Position numbers and translations under genes: made by a program
In this document: one piece after another, positions 32,101 through 44,352 of the stretch
Layout of the letters: each line of letters opens with the position of its first letter
Numbering within the stretch: the first letter of the stretch is position 1
Assembly: GCA_000004985.1 (NCBI GenBank)
Contig: GG738899.1
DNA length: 64,000 nt
Strand: one strand, 5' to 3'
Origin: Naegleria gruberi
Lineage: Eukaryota
The notes under the pieces: model-generated
What the model was told of the DNA's origin: nothing
The model's database searches: none
Seen by the model: only the letters and a program-made list of their open reading frames with translations

Positions 32101-35100
32101 CTGGTCAACTCAATCAACTGGTACTACTATTACCATTTTCTCAAGTGCCAATCCAGTTGATACTGATGGTGATTCATTGAGTATTTCTTCTACTCTTGTT
32201 TCTCCTTCAAGTGGTTCAATTACAATTTCCAATTCTGATATTCCAAGTGTTGTTTACAAACAAAATACTGGATTCCTTGGAACTGATACTTTCAAGATTC
32301 AAATCTCTGATGGTGCTGCTACTGCTATTGTTACCATTTCTGTTACTGTTTATGATAATGCTCCATTGTCTAATGATATTTCTGAAAATAGACATTTTAC
32401 TGAAGTTAGTAATGGATATACTAAGAATGCAATTTCATTCTTCAATGTTACTGATATCGATTCTCAAGATAGTGTCACTGTTAAGGATGCTACTGTTGGA
32501 TCTTGTGGTTCTGTCTCAAAGACTTCTTCAACTGTCACATTCACAAGTAATAAGGGAAGTGTTGGTGTTTGTACTGTAACTATCACATTTACTGATGGTC
32601 TATTGAATTCTGTATCCAAGTGGAATGTCAATGTTCAAAATCAAGATCCTTCTGCCGCACCAATTAGCACTACCGTTCACTGGAGTAAGAGTCAAGCTAT
32701 TATTGACATTATGTCAACTTTGTCTGATGCTGATAATGATGCCTTGTCTTATTCAGTTTCATCTTATGATTCCACATTCGGTAGCCCATCTATCAATTCT
32801 GATAAGGCTCTCGTATGGACTCTTCCACAAACACCAAAATTAGGAACAACTCAAATTGTAATTTCATTCACAGATGGATGGGTCAGTAAGACTGCTTCTT
32901 ATCCATTGATTGTTCAAAACGTTGCACCAACTGCAGTTGCAAAGACAATTTCATCAAAGTGGTCTGCATGTCTTTCTGGTATTACTATTGATATTTTGAG
33001 TGAATGCTCAGATAATGACGGAGATAGTTTGTCATTTGACAGTACTACGCCAATTGTTACTGCTCCAGCTCAAGGAAGTGCTTCAATTGTTTCTTCAAAG
33101 GTTTATTACAAACAATCAACTGCTTCTGTTGGTTCTTATTCCATTACTTACAAGATTACTGATGGTATTCAAACTTCATCAAACTCTATTACTGTCAATT
33201 GTGAAGATAATGCTCCTGTTGCTAATGCTGATTCAATTACTGTTAATTGGAATACCTCTGATGTCGATATTACTATTTTGTCTAACGATATTGATTCAGA
33301 TAATGATATTCTTTCTGTCACTAATCTTTCAGCTGTCAGTGAAGGTTCTTTAACTAATTTAGGTACTTTTGTTAAATATACTTTGAAGAAACCACCAACC
33401 CTTTCTGACAAGACATTCACCTATAAGGCATTCGACGGAGCTCTCTATTCCTCTGCTGCAACTGTCACTGTCAAAGTTGTCAATGCCAACAAGCCACAAA
33501 TTAGTGATCAAAGTACAACTGCTCACTGGAGAACTGTCAAGGATGGTGTTTCATACACTGTCTATGATACTCTTACCGATGCTGATGGTGATTATTATTC
33601 ACTTTCATTTGGTAGTGGTTCAAGTGCTTATTGTTCACTTATTGACCTTTCGAATGGTATTAAGGGTGTTAAATATACTAGAAATGCATTCGATTCCACT
33701 GATTCTTGTAAAGTAGTTCTCTCTGATGGATTCAGTACAAGTGCTGCCACATTAACAACCAACTCTTACAATAATGTTCCAGTTGCTGCCAACTTTACTT
33801 TAGATTATTCTGGTGGTAATATTCAATATGGTATTTCAATTGATGTTTTGTCATCTGCTACAGATGCTGATATTCAAGATGTTCCATTCCTTTCCATTTT
33901 AAGTGTTGGAAATTCCAAATTATATGGTAGTGAAGCTGCAAATATTGTAAATGGACAAGTTTTCTATTTCCCAGATCAATCATTAGTTAAAGCATTGGGT
34001 ACTGATACTGTTGCTTATACTATTAGTGATGGTTTATCAACATCTATTGGTTATCTCACTATTAACATCAAGTCAACTTCTCCATCCAGTACTGAACAAT
34101 ATTACAATGTTCATTTTAGATATTCAAGTGTTGGTTATGTTTTCACACCATTGACAAAGATTGCAGATGCCACTAAACTTGATACTACTGTTGTTCAAGG
34201 AAGTGAACCAAATCAAGGTGGTTCAGTTGTTGTTTCTAGTGTTGATGAAAAGACAGTTACTTACAAACCATCTGGTTCCTATTTAGGTAATGAAATTTTC
34301 AAGTTAAAGTATTATACTGCTAGTGGTAGTAGTGATATTACTTTTACAATGAATATTTATGATACTGCTCCAATTGCTCAATCACTTTCTGGTTCAGTTC
34401 ATTTTGGTAAATCAACAACATTCAATTTAACTGCTTCAACTTCAGATGCTGATCCATTGGATGTCAATAATTTGTCATTCTCAATTACTGGTCAACCATC
34501 TCAAGGATCTTTGAGTGTTTCATCAAATATTGCCACTTATACTGCATCATCAACTGTTGGAACCTATTCTGGTATTTACAGAGTTTCAGATTCTATGAAA
34601 TCTTCTACTGGTTCTATTACTTTGACTGTAACTAATACTGTTCCTACTTCACAAACTAAAACCATTTCAGTTCCTTGGAGAACTTTCAAGGCAGGTTTTA
34701 ATATTGATGTCTTGAATTTAGCACCAGCTGATTTTGATAATGATGGAGATGAGTTGAGTTTGGTTTCAATTGCTCTTCAACCATCAGTTGGTTCAGTAAC
34801 TAAATTGGATAGTAAGAGAGTTAGTATTGTTGGTTCAGGAAACTTTGTTGGTTCACTTACATTCAAATACATTGTTAGTGATGGTGCCTCAAATGGTCAA
34901 GTCACAACCACAGTTAACTTGAATGTTTACAACACTGCTCCAGTTGGTATTCCAGATAAGCTCTCTACCCACTGGAATGTTGCCTCAAAGACATTGAATG
35001 TTATTGCCAATGACACTGATGCTGAATCAGATCCTTTAACTGTCACATCCGTTTATGGATCTTTAGCTTCAACTGCTCCAACTTTCACTTCTGATAGTAT

Positions 35101-38100
35101 TGTCTATTATCCAAAGAATGCTCCATCAACAGATACAGTTTATTATACAGTTTCTGATAATGTTGCTACATCTATTTCATATGTCACTGTTACTGTAACT
35201 AACACTGCTCCAACTACAACTTCTCAATCATTTGTTGGTTCTTGGTCTTCAGCTAAGAATGGTTTAACATTTGACGTTGTTTCTACTTCTTCTGATGCTA
35301 ATGGAGATTCATTGTCATTGCAATCATGCTCTTCATCAGTTACTTCCTCTCAAGGTAATGTCACTTGTTCTGGAAATGTCAAATTCACTCCAGCCAGTGG
35401 TTTCGTTGGTAGTATCAACCCAATCAGTTATATTATCACTGATGGTAGAGACACTGTCACTGGTACTGTTTCCATTACAATTTTGAATAATGCTCCTACT
35501 GCTAATACTACAAATACTTTCAGATATCATTGGAGAAGTGTTTTGAGTAATACTGTTATTGATCTTTCTTCATATCTCAAAGATGCTGATGGTGATGCTG
35601 TTACTTTGACAGCTGTCACAAAGACACTTGTTGGTGTTGCTTCTCTTGGATCAGGAAATACCATTAACTATAAGGTTAATAGTGCTTACACTGGTACTGA
35701 TTCAGTCACTGTCTCATTCACTGATGGATGGTCAACTTCAAGTGCCACTTTCAATATTGTAATTTACAATAACGCTCCTGTTGCTCAAAATATCATTACT
35801 TCAACTCACTTGGCAACTTTGAACATTCCTGTGATTGGATCTGGTTCAAATCAACCAACAGATGCTGATGGAAGTGTTGATCTTAATAATTTAGTCATTT
35901 CTTCATTCTCAAATCCATCAGTTGGAAGTGTTTCTTTGAGTGGTGATAAGAAATCATTCACATTCACTAACGTTGCTGGAAATGTTGCCACTCAAACATT
36001 TACCTATGTCGTTTCAGATGGAAAGGATACTTCTGCATCAAAGACTGTTACAATTTCCATTACAAACAATGCACCATCTGCAACTCCAATTACCATTTCT
36101 AAACATTGGGCTACAGTACAAGGTGGATTAGATATTAATTTATTGTCTGTTGTAACTGATTCTGATGGTGATTCTCTTTCAATTACTTCATTCACTCAAA
36201 CAAATAATGGAGCTGTTTCTTCAATCAATTCAACATCTGTCAAGTATATTCCAACACCATTGACTGCTGGTTTCACAACTTCATTCACCTATTCAGTTTA
36301 TGATGGTTATACTACAATTTCAAATACTGTTACAATTTCAATTACCAATACACCACCTGTTGCAGTTGATGATACCATCACTGTTCACTGGACCAATAAT
36401 ACATTGTATTTGAAACCAGTTGTGAATGATTATGATTTGGATAATGATTACATTTATATTAACAAATTGTATCCATCTCAATTTATGAATGCCTATGCAT
36501 CAATGGGTAATTATATCATCATTTCAAAGGGAACAACTATTGTTAATAACTTTGCAAGTGTTGTCGTTCCTGGAAGCGTTGCAACTGCTGGATTTGTTAA
36601 TCAAGTTCTTCAACCAACTGGCTCACTAAATGTTAATAATGCTGCTCAACTTGCCATTGTTAATGCTGCTACTAATTTGTATCAATCATTGAGTTTATAT
36701 ACTTGTACTGCTTCATTAGATCAATCATTCCCATCTTCAAATGTTTTGAGTTTCTCACCTGGTGTCTATTGTTTCCCACAAGGTTTATCTGGTTCTGGTA
36801 CCATCTTGTTGAGTGGTTCAGGTCTTTACATTTTCAGTATTTCCACTAATTTGAATGCTAACTTCCAATGGTCATTCACAAATGGAGCTAGTGCTTCAAA
36901 TGTTTATTGGTTGGTTGGTGCTGCTGGTATTTCAGGAACTTTCTATGGTCATGTTTTGAGTAATGGTCAACTCAATTTCAATAATGTTGTTCAAAATGGT
37001 GTTATTATGAGTTTAGGATCAAATTCAATGAGTTTGAATAGTGTTACTTTTGGTTCCGTTGTTATTCCAACTGGACAAACTGCCTTGGAATTACAATCTG
37101 ACAAGTTGACTGTCTATTATAAGAATACTTTCATTAATGGACCAGCAACTGACTCATTCCAATACACAATTACTGATCAAATTGCCACTTCTAATGTTGC
37201 TATTGTCAAATTGGTCTTTACCAATACTGCTCCAGTTGCCACTTCATTCTCAGCTGGTAAAGTTACATGGAAAAATACCTTAACAACTGCAAGTGTTGTT
37301 TCCAAGTATTGTTCTGATGCTGATAAGGATTCATTGAGTTTATTCGGAGTTACTCAAGGTAAATACGGAACTACTACAGTTACCGATTCTACAAGTGGTA
37401 CCATTGTTTATACACCAAGTAGTTCAATTTCCTATACCTCTGTTGATTCCAATGGAGCTAGTTATGTAACTGATCAAATTACTTTTGGATGTTATGATGG
37501 AGCTCAAGTTACATATAACACATTCTCTGTTGTCGTTTACAATACAGCTCCAAAGAGTGCTTCTAAATCACTTAGTGTTCAAAGAGATACTTCAAATCCA
37601 ACTGTTACATTGAATGATTTGTTGGTTGGTGCTACAGATGCTGAGGGTGATTCAATTTCTGTATCAAGTGTTTCAATGATTTCACAAAATACTGGTGCTT
37701 CTGTCTTGTTATCATCCAATACTGCTAAACTCACTTACATAACTTCATATTTAGGTTCAATTGTCTTTTCATTCACTTTAACTGATGGTCAATTGAGTTC
37801 AACTTATAATTATAATGTCACTATTACTGGTGCTCCATTCTATTGTGTTGATTATACCATTAGTACTACCAAAGATTCCTCTGCTGTCACTTTCGAAACT
37901 GATTTAAAGTCTAAATTGTCAAGCTATTGTGTTAATGATGTTTGTACTTTGGCTCTTGCTTCAACTGCATCACTCAATGGAGTTGGTTCAATTGCTGCCA
38001 ATGGTAATAACTTGTTGACATATACTCAAAATTCCAAGTCATCATCAAATGGAGAATCCTATTCCACTTACTCATATTCTAATAGGGCAGGTCAAAGCGC

Positions 38101-40450
38101 AATTTGTAAGATTATCATTAATCAACCAAATAATGCACCAACTGTCTATGATTATACTTATAGTTACTCAATTAGTAGAGCTTCTAATGATTATGTTACA
38201 TTTGATTATGTTAGTTTATCATCCTCTGATGATCCAGATGCTTCTGACTCAATTGTATTGAGTAGTATTTCAAGTGTTGGTACATGTACAACTAGTTCTA
38301 TCAGTAGTTTGTCAATTACTAGTGATAACCAAATCAAATTCTTGAGAAATCCATCATTCATTGGAAGTTGTTCATTCTCTTTGGTTGTTTCTGATAGTGA
38401 TTTGAGAAATCCAATCTCTAAAACTGCAAAAATTACAATCAATGCCATTTCTTCTCCACCAGTTGCTGTCAATGATGCTGTTTCTACAACCTATAACACA
38501 TATATTGATATTCCAGTTTCCACATTACTTGGAAACGATTATGATTCACTTGGTGGTACATTCTCATTCACTGGTATTAATTGCCCAACAGGTGATTCAA
38601 CTTATTGTACAGCAGGCACTCCAACTATTCTCAATCCATCTGATCCTGCAAATACAAGAATCATCAGAGTTCAACCAATTAAGGGATCTTGTAATTCTCA
38701 AAAATTCGTTTATGGTATCAAATCTGATTCTGATTCAACAACTGCCACAGCTATTGTTACAGTTTCTTATACCAAATGTACATGTTCTTTGAATATGGAT
38801 ATTGTATTTGTTTTGGATGGTAGTTCATCTATTGATGCAGGAAATTGGATTAACATGCAAAACTTTGCATCCAATTTAACTGTTGGATTTGGTTCAAACA
38901 TTTCACCAACTGCCACCAAGATTGGTATCATTCAATTCTCTACAACAACTGTAACTCACTTGGATTTGAAAGATGGTACTTCCAAGACAGCTGTTCTTAA
39001 TGCCATTTCATCAGCTGGTCAACTCAAATCCAGTACCAACTCAATTTTAGGTATTAACAATGCTGTTTCAATGGTTTTAAGTCAAGGTAGAAAGGATATC
39101 ACTAGAAAACTCTTAATTCACATTACAGATGGTATGTCCAATTTACCTTGTGGTATGGGAGCTTGTCGTGCCATGTATGGTAGTGATAAGTCATTATATG
39201 GATCTGTTCCTAATTATTGTAAGTCACCTCGTTTCCCAGGTACTGATGCAACAATATGCTCATGGAATGAACCACTCAGTAGATGTAATCCTTGTTCTGA
39301 TGCTACTCTTAGATCAACTGATTTGAATTCTTGGACAGTTGGAGGTGCTTCAAATCCAGAAAAATCAACTTATGGATCTATTTGGAATTGGAGACAATTA
39401 GTTGTAGGTATTGGTGATGGTTTGAGTTCTGGGTATGGACAACTTCAAATTCAAAAGATGAATTACGATCCAAACAATTTAATTGTTGTCGATTGGTCTG
39501 ATTTGAGCTCTGTTTATCAAACTGTTATTGATAATAGTTGTAATCTTGTCGATTCCACTCAAACCAACGTTCTTGTTCCACTTTCAAGTTCTGGATATTC
39601 TATTCAATATCTTGGAAAGACATTGTCCAAATCAAGTTACCTTAATTATGAAGCAACCATTTCAACATTCACTTATCGTGTTAGTGTCTCTTCATCAGCA
39701 CCTGCTTTACAAAGATTTACCTTAGGATTACAACCTGGTTACAATCAAGATAACTTTGTAAATTATGATCCATACTTCCCAGTTTTCATTGGTCAAGACA
39801 CTACCACTAATTTGAATGGTTTCACTTTCTTATCACTTCCAAATTCATATACAATTGCAGCTGGTTCATCAGATACCTATACATTGAGTATTGCTGGTGA
39901 TATTCCTGAAGGTGTTATTACTTATGGTATGTCGGGTGGTTCACAATACACACAAGGAACTGTTAAGGGACCAAGTGGAGTGATCAACTCAACCACAGTT
40001 GCTCTTCCACCAAATATTAATTACGGTGATGATTCAAGTTATAGAACTACCTATTGTTCCTCAACCAAATGTTATTTCTTTACCAAGATGAATTATGCCT
40101 ATCGTATTGAAGCAATGAGTAAGATTTGTAAATATTGGTCTGCCAATGCAACACTAGTTCAAATTCAATCATCCACTGAAAAGACCACACTCATCAATAA
40201 TGTTTTACCTTACGATGAGAGTGCTACCTTCTTCTTAGGTACTAAGGATTCCGATATTGCAGTTGGATCAACAACTACATGGCAAGATGGTACATCCATG
40301 TCCTCCTATACAAATTATCAAAGCAAACAACCTGGTTCCTACACTATTATTTATGCTTCATATAATGCTAATTCTCCAACTGGTACTTGGTGGAAGGGAG
40401 GTAGTTATGATACCAACACTCAATATTTACTTTGTCAATTTAAGAAATAA
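29177..40450 (+). CDS. Giant (about 3700 aa) membrane-anchored adhesin-like protein: tandem bacterial-type cadherin-like/VCBS repeats, ice-binding-like (DUF3494) domain, vWA domain and C-terminal C-type lectin domain
   Basis: Exon 1 is 29177-29245 (MPEVITSSTVGRTAFGPNLSLLK, then gtaagt). After a 102-nt intron it rejoins in frame at 29348 (GGTISQTIVGLIVSASVVASLVVTIVMISVGAG, a TM anchor), continuing as one uninterrupted 11.1-kb exon to the TAA at 40448. The ectodomain has about 25-30 tandem 95-100-aa repeats of consensus ..AP.A.(D/N)...TV......(I/L)(D/N)VL.ND.D..GD.L.(I/V)......G.......V.Y.P..GF.G.D.F.Y...DG......V.I.V.N. Named domains are annotated separately below. Confidence 0.8.
36485..37100 (+). 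other. Ice-binding-like (DUF3494/IBP-1 family) domain within the giant adhesin
   Basis: The region reads ...AAQLAIVNAATNLYQSLSLYTCTASL...LSFSPGVYCF...GTILLSGSGLYIFSISTNLNANFQWSFTNGASASNVYWLVGAAGISGTFYGHVLSNGQLNFNNVVQNGVIMSLGSNSMSLNSVT. This follows the DUF3494 pattern A..DL..AY..L....CT...L.....L.PGVY.F......G.L.LD..G....FIFQ.GS.L.......V.L.NGA.A.NVFWQVGS.A.......F.G.IL.....T......NGR.LA. Confidence 0.55.
38805..39150 (+). other. von Willebrand factor type A (vWA) domain within the giant adhesin
   Basis: It has the MIDAS-type start DIVFVLDGSSSIDAGNW. This is followed by ...IGIIQFSTTTVTHLDLKDG...LLIHITDGMSN, which fits the DxSxS...T...D vWA topology. Confidence 0.7.
40040..40447 (+). other. 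C-type lectin-like domain at the C-terminus of the giant adhesin
   Basis: The region reads CYFFTKMNYAYRIEAMSKICKYWSANATLVQIQSSTEKTTLINNVL...FFLGTKD...WQDGTSMSSYTNYQSKQPG...WWKGGSYDTNTQYLLCQFKK. This matches the CTLD pattern C..YF.....W.EA...C.......L..I.S..E..F.......WIGL.D....W.W.DG....Y.NW...QP.......C......W....C.....YICE. Confidence 0.65.
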
Positions 40451-40614
40451 GTCTATTGAGAGGCCAAATGTTAATTAAATAAACCCAATCTTTATAAAAT
40501 ACCATTCGGAGTATATTCCACTCCTCGCAACTACGGTTCAGCTCCTACTAAATGAAATAGAGCGCACTGGTTCTTTTGCAATAATTTGAAACAAACAAAA
40601 AAACAAACAACCAA

Positions 40615-41253
40615 ATGATTAAGCTTGCCATTGCTCTCATTCTCCTTGTTGGATGGATCACCTTGTTGGTCCAATCGAAGGATGTTAAATTTTGCATGCC
40701 TCCTATTGCTTCCTTCACACAAACCACGAAACATGTTTCATATTATGGAACGGCCAGAAATTCCTCCTACAAGCTCAAAATTCAATACGATAGTAATTTG
40801 AATAAGCAACGCACAGATACTTATGAACAAGATGGCACCTTGATCTCATCTGTAATTTCCTTACTAGATGCCTCTAATAATACCATTCTCTATTCCATAA
40901 AGAATAATGAATGTTCCTGTATTAATGAAGGTCAGACCGATGGAGCTATTTGGGCTCAATGTATAACTCAACCAGTTTTAGCTAAGGAAACTATTGCTGA
41001 ACAACCAGCTCTCAAAGTTGGATACAACACTACAAATTCTCAATGGACTAATGATGAATATTATTGGATTGTTCCAGCTAGAGAACCAGGTTATTGGTGG
41101 TTCCTTTCACAAATTGAATATGTTATTGATAGGAATAATGTTGAATTGGGAAGTAGTACTTTTTCTGATCATACTCCTAATGTGAATTATCTTTCACTTG
41201 TTGTTCCAACTAATTGTCCTTCAATGGGTGATTGTCCATCTCCAAGAAGATGA
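40615..41253 (+). CDS. Secreted hypothetical protein
   Basis: 212-aa ORF with a signal peptide (MIKLAIALILLVGWITLLVQS). Composition is Cys-poor and Asn/Thr/Tyr/Trp-containing. No domain recognised. Confidence 0.4.
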   Translation: MIKLAIALILLVGWITLLVQSKDVKFCMPPIASFTQTTKHVSYYGTARNSSYKLKIQYDSNLNKQRTDTYEQDGTLISSVISLLDASNNTILYSIKNNECSCINEGQTDGAIWAQCITQPVLAKETIAEQPALKVGYNTTNSQWTNDEYYWIVPAREPGYWWFLSQIEYVIDRNNVELGSSTFSDHTPNVNYLSLVVPTNCPSMGDCPSPRR

Positions 41254-41354
41254 GATATCAAAATAAAAATCAGTCCAATAACGAAGTTCAATTGTTTCCA
41301 ACCTCTATCAGAAAATATTACAATTAAGATTTTGATGATTTTGAACTTATATCA

Positions 41355-42611
41355 TTATTTATCAACTCTAAACTTGAAAATTTCTTTACCATTCTCATCC
41401 ATTGCAGTGACGAAAATGAAATCCTTTTGAACTTCAACACTGAAAAATCCAGGTGCAGTATAAACATTCAAAGATAATGGATTGTAAACATCTGGAATGA
41501 TGTTTGAACTACCAGCACCTGAAATAATGTAATTTGTCTTGTGTTCTGGTTCTTTAAGCCAATTGAGAAGATGTACGTGACCACAAGTGTACAATGGCAC
41601 TTGATACTTTTCCATGTATGGCAAGAAGGTATTCATCATATCCTTACTATTTCCACCAATACCTCCAGAATAAACTATTTAAATTAATAAGAAATGTGAA
41701 ATTTCAAAACCTACTGTGATGATGACCAAATACTAAAGTCCAAGAATTATTCTTTCCTTGATTTGTAGATAAAACCCCATCTAACATGTCCAATTGTTCT
41801 TGCTTTCTTTTATATTGAGATTCTAAATTAGAACTCTTCATTAATGGATCAGTCCAGAATGAAACAAATGGACTTGTATCTAACATGACCATTGAAACAT
41901 CAAATCCACTCAATGTAGAATTCTTAACTAGTGTGTAAAAATGTGAAGGAAGAACCCAACGATTACTAATCTTGGTATAATCAATTTGAGCTTGAACATT
42001 TCCTCTGTAATCTATTTCGAATAATAACAATAAATATAAATCTCAACCAAAATATACTTACCATGATTTCCTAAAAGCATATGCCATTTCAAATCCTCAA
42101 TTCCATCGACATTATAAATATCTTCAAACTTGCTCTTGAATTGTTCATCATTAACATTTTCAACACCATAATTATAAATATTATCACCAATACCAATTAC
42201 AAAATGACATTTTTGTGTTTTACAGAACTTTCCCATACTGGCAGCAACAGCCTTTTGACCATCATCTGCACGTCCCATATCTCCAACAACAAGAAAACGT
42301 AAAAAATCATCTGATGCTGTATATTCAGGAGTAGGATAAATATTTACATTCTTTCTTCCTAAATAAATTGCAATAGCAATAGCAATTACAATACATGTAA
42401 TTAAACAACACAATCCACAGCCTAGCAAACTACCCACACAAATCTTTTTATTCCGAGACCATTTTGTTTTTTTAGGAAGTACATATTTACTATCATCTGC
42501 CAACTCGATATCCCTCAAATTGCTATCCGAGCCATTAGAGAGTGCATCATCATAGTGGAATGATCGAGACATTTTTTTATGAGGCTGAAATTGAATTTTT
42601 GAAGAGCGCAC
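41355..42611 (-). CDS. Tartrate-resistant (purple) acid phosphatase type 5-like metallophosphatase, N-terminally membrane-anchored, 3 exons
   Basis: Exons in + coordinates are 42062-42611, 41715-42011 and 41355-41674, with introns of 50 and 40 nt (GT..AG). The spliced product reads ...FLVVGDMGRADDG...HFVIGIGDNIYNYGVENVNDEQFKSKFEDIY...[37 protein letters not shown]...LVFGHHHIYSGGIGGNS...YTCGHVHLLNWL...YIISGAGSS. It aligns block by block with mammalian ACP5 (GDWGG / GDNFY / GNHDH / RWNFPSPFYRL / GHDHNLQYL / YVLSGAGN). The N-terminus has a TM helix (CVGSLLGCGLCCLITCIVIAIAIAIYL). Confidence 0.8.
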
Positions 42612-43000
42612 TTTCTAAAAACTTAGCGCGCAGTTTTTTTTCCAATTAGAAGTAAAAAAGATAACAATAATTGGCTCTTAATGTTTCAATTGGTTGAGAG
42701 GAAGGTATCTAATTGAAATTGGAATCAAACGAGAAGGGTGATACAGTATTAAGGTATGAATAACATGTTTAAGATTCATCATCCTATTAATTCCTCTTTA
42801 CTATTCGAAACTTGGAGATTGATATTATTATTCATGAAAATCTTTCAAAGTGTTACATGGGTATTTGGCTGAGTCTTATTATGTACAATAGGAGAAATGC
42901 GGGTCACCCACACTGTTTGAGAATGTTACACATGAAAAAGCATCTATCTGTTGTGTAAATAAATATTTGGACAACTCTGAAAGTTATTGAAAAAAAAAGA

Positions 43001-43915
43001 ATGAAATTCACTCCTACATTGTTAGTTTTGAGTTGCATGTTGTGCATGGTCATGTGCATGGCCATGAGTAGTCATGTTGTTGTATTAGCATCAACTCCAG
43101 AGCAAGCAGATGATACCTATTATTCCGCTCAACAAGTTGAACATGTTTTGAATGGAAAGAAACAACATTTGAAACAAGTCCAAATTTCCCTATTGGAAAC
43201 TAACATGGGTTTGGAAGCAAGTGATTTGTTTGGAAAATCATCTCCATTGCATGATGTCTATGTTTCTAAAAAGCAAACAAGAAAGACTGAATTATTAGAA
43301 TTAAAGAGTGAATTAGAATATGAAATTGATAATTTCCAAAAATTGCTTGCTAAGAAACTTGCCATTAATGAAATGGGAGAATCCACCATCTTGACAACAG
43401 CTCATGCTATCAGATTCTATCAAGAAATTATCAATGAAGTAAAGATGAAACCATTGAAATTACTTTATAAGGCATCAAGAGATGGTTTCCAATCAAAGCA
43501 ATTCCACACCAAATGTGATAATCAAGGAGCAACTGTTACAATTATTAAGGCTGATACAGGTGCTATTTTCGGTGGATATACATCTGCTGCTTGGAATACT
43601 ACTGTCATGAGTCAATTTGCCTATTCTGAACGTGCCTTTTTGTTTAGTTTAGTTTCTAATAGTGGTGAAGAAAGATTTAAAAAGTTGAATCAACTTGCTC
43701 CACCTAATTCACCAAGTCAAGGAAGATCAATTTATTCCCATTCTCGTTTTGGTCCTACTTTCGGTGGAGGTCATGATTTATATATTTGTTCTAATGCCCA
43801 CGAAAATACTGGAAGTTATTGTCATCCAAATACTTATGCTGATTTCGGAAAAGAGTATTTAGCAGGTTCTTATAAGGAATGGCTTGTAAAGGATATTGAA
43901 GTTTATTCACTTTAA
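43001..43915 (+). CDS. TLDc domain-containing protein (OXR1/NCOA7-like fold) with N-terminal signal peptide
   Basis: The C-terminal 160 aa reads LLYKASRDGFQSKQFHTKCDNQGATVTIIKADTGAIFGGYTSAAWNT...AFLFSL...SRFGPTFGGGHDLYI...EIEVYSL-like. This matches TLDc signature blocks (LLY.S..G.S...FH..CD..G.T..li....g.ifGgY....W; gFG.G.......L.I; levw). The N-terminus MKFTPTLLVLSCMLCMVMCMAMS is hydrophobic. Confidence 0.6.
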   Translation: MKFTPTLLVLSCMLCMVMCMAMSSHVVVLASTPEQADDTYYSAQQVEHVLNGKKQHLKQVQISLLETNMGLEASDLFGKSSPLHDVYVSKKQTRKTELLELKSELEYEIDNFQKLLAKKLAINEMGESTILTTAHAIRFYQEIINEVKMKPLKLLYKASRDGFQSKQFHTKCDNQGATVTIIKADTGAIFGGYTSAAWNTTVMSQFAYSERAFLFSLVSNSGEERFKKLNQLAPPNSPSQGRSIYSHSRFGPTFGGGHDLYICSNAHENTGSYCHPNTYADFGKEYLAGSYKEWLVKDIEVYSL

Positions 43916-44352
43916 ATATCCCATCTTCCATATTATTATTAATAGGAGGAATTCAAGTAAAGATTTATTAATTCCTCTAAATAATGAATAATTTGTTTTA
44001 CAGTTTCATTTGCATAATGTTTCTGGATTCTATAAGTCAATTATGGAGTTATTGTAATCAAAGATCTCAAAGAATGATGAAATAGTAGATGTTGTTTGTC
44101 AACTGATGAACAACTTTAAAATGGCTCATTTGTATCTCTTGAAAAAACTAATTGTTTCAAAAGCAGTGCAAATTGTTAAAGGAGTAAATGTAAAGTATGA
44201 AATGCAGCCACAGCAATACATTACTAAACTGATACTTAAAGCTAAAATGTGAAATTCCATAAAAACTAACTCGTTTCTCCCTCATGGTTTAATTATGATC
44301 AATAAACAATTTCAAATTATTAAATATTAATAATTTGAATTTTGAACAAAAA

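Noticed and set aside
29426-40450. Many 60-130-aa ORFs in other frames and on the minus strand inside the giant gene (e.g. 31005-31307, 31566-31952, 32196-32579, 38442-38792)
   Set aside because: They are Leu/Ile/Met-rich translations produced by reading the T/A-rich repeat DNA out of frame. They overlap a clearly coding 11-kb ORF and have no independent signals.
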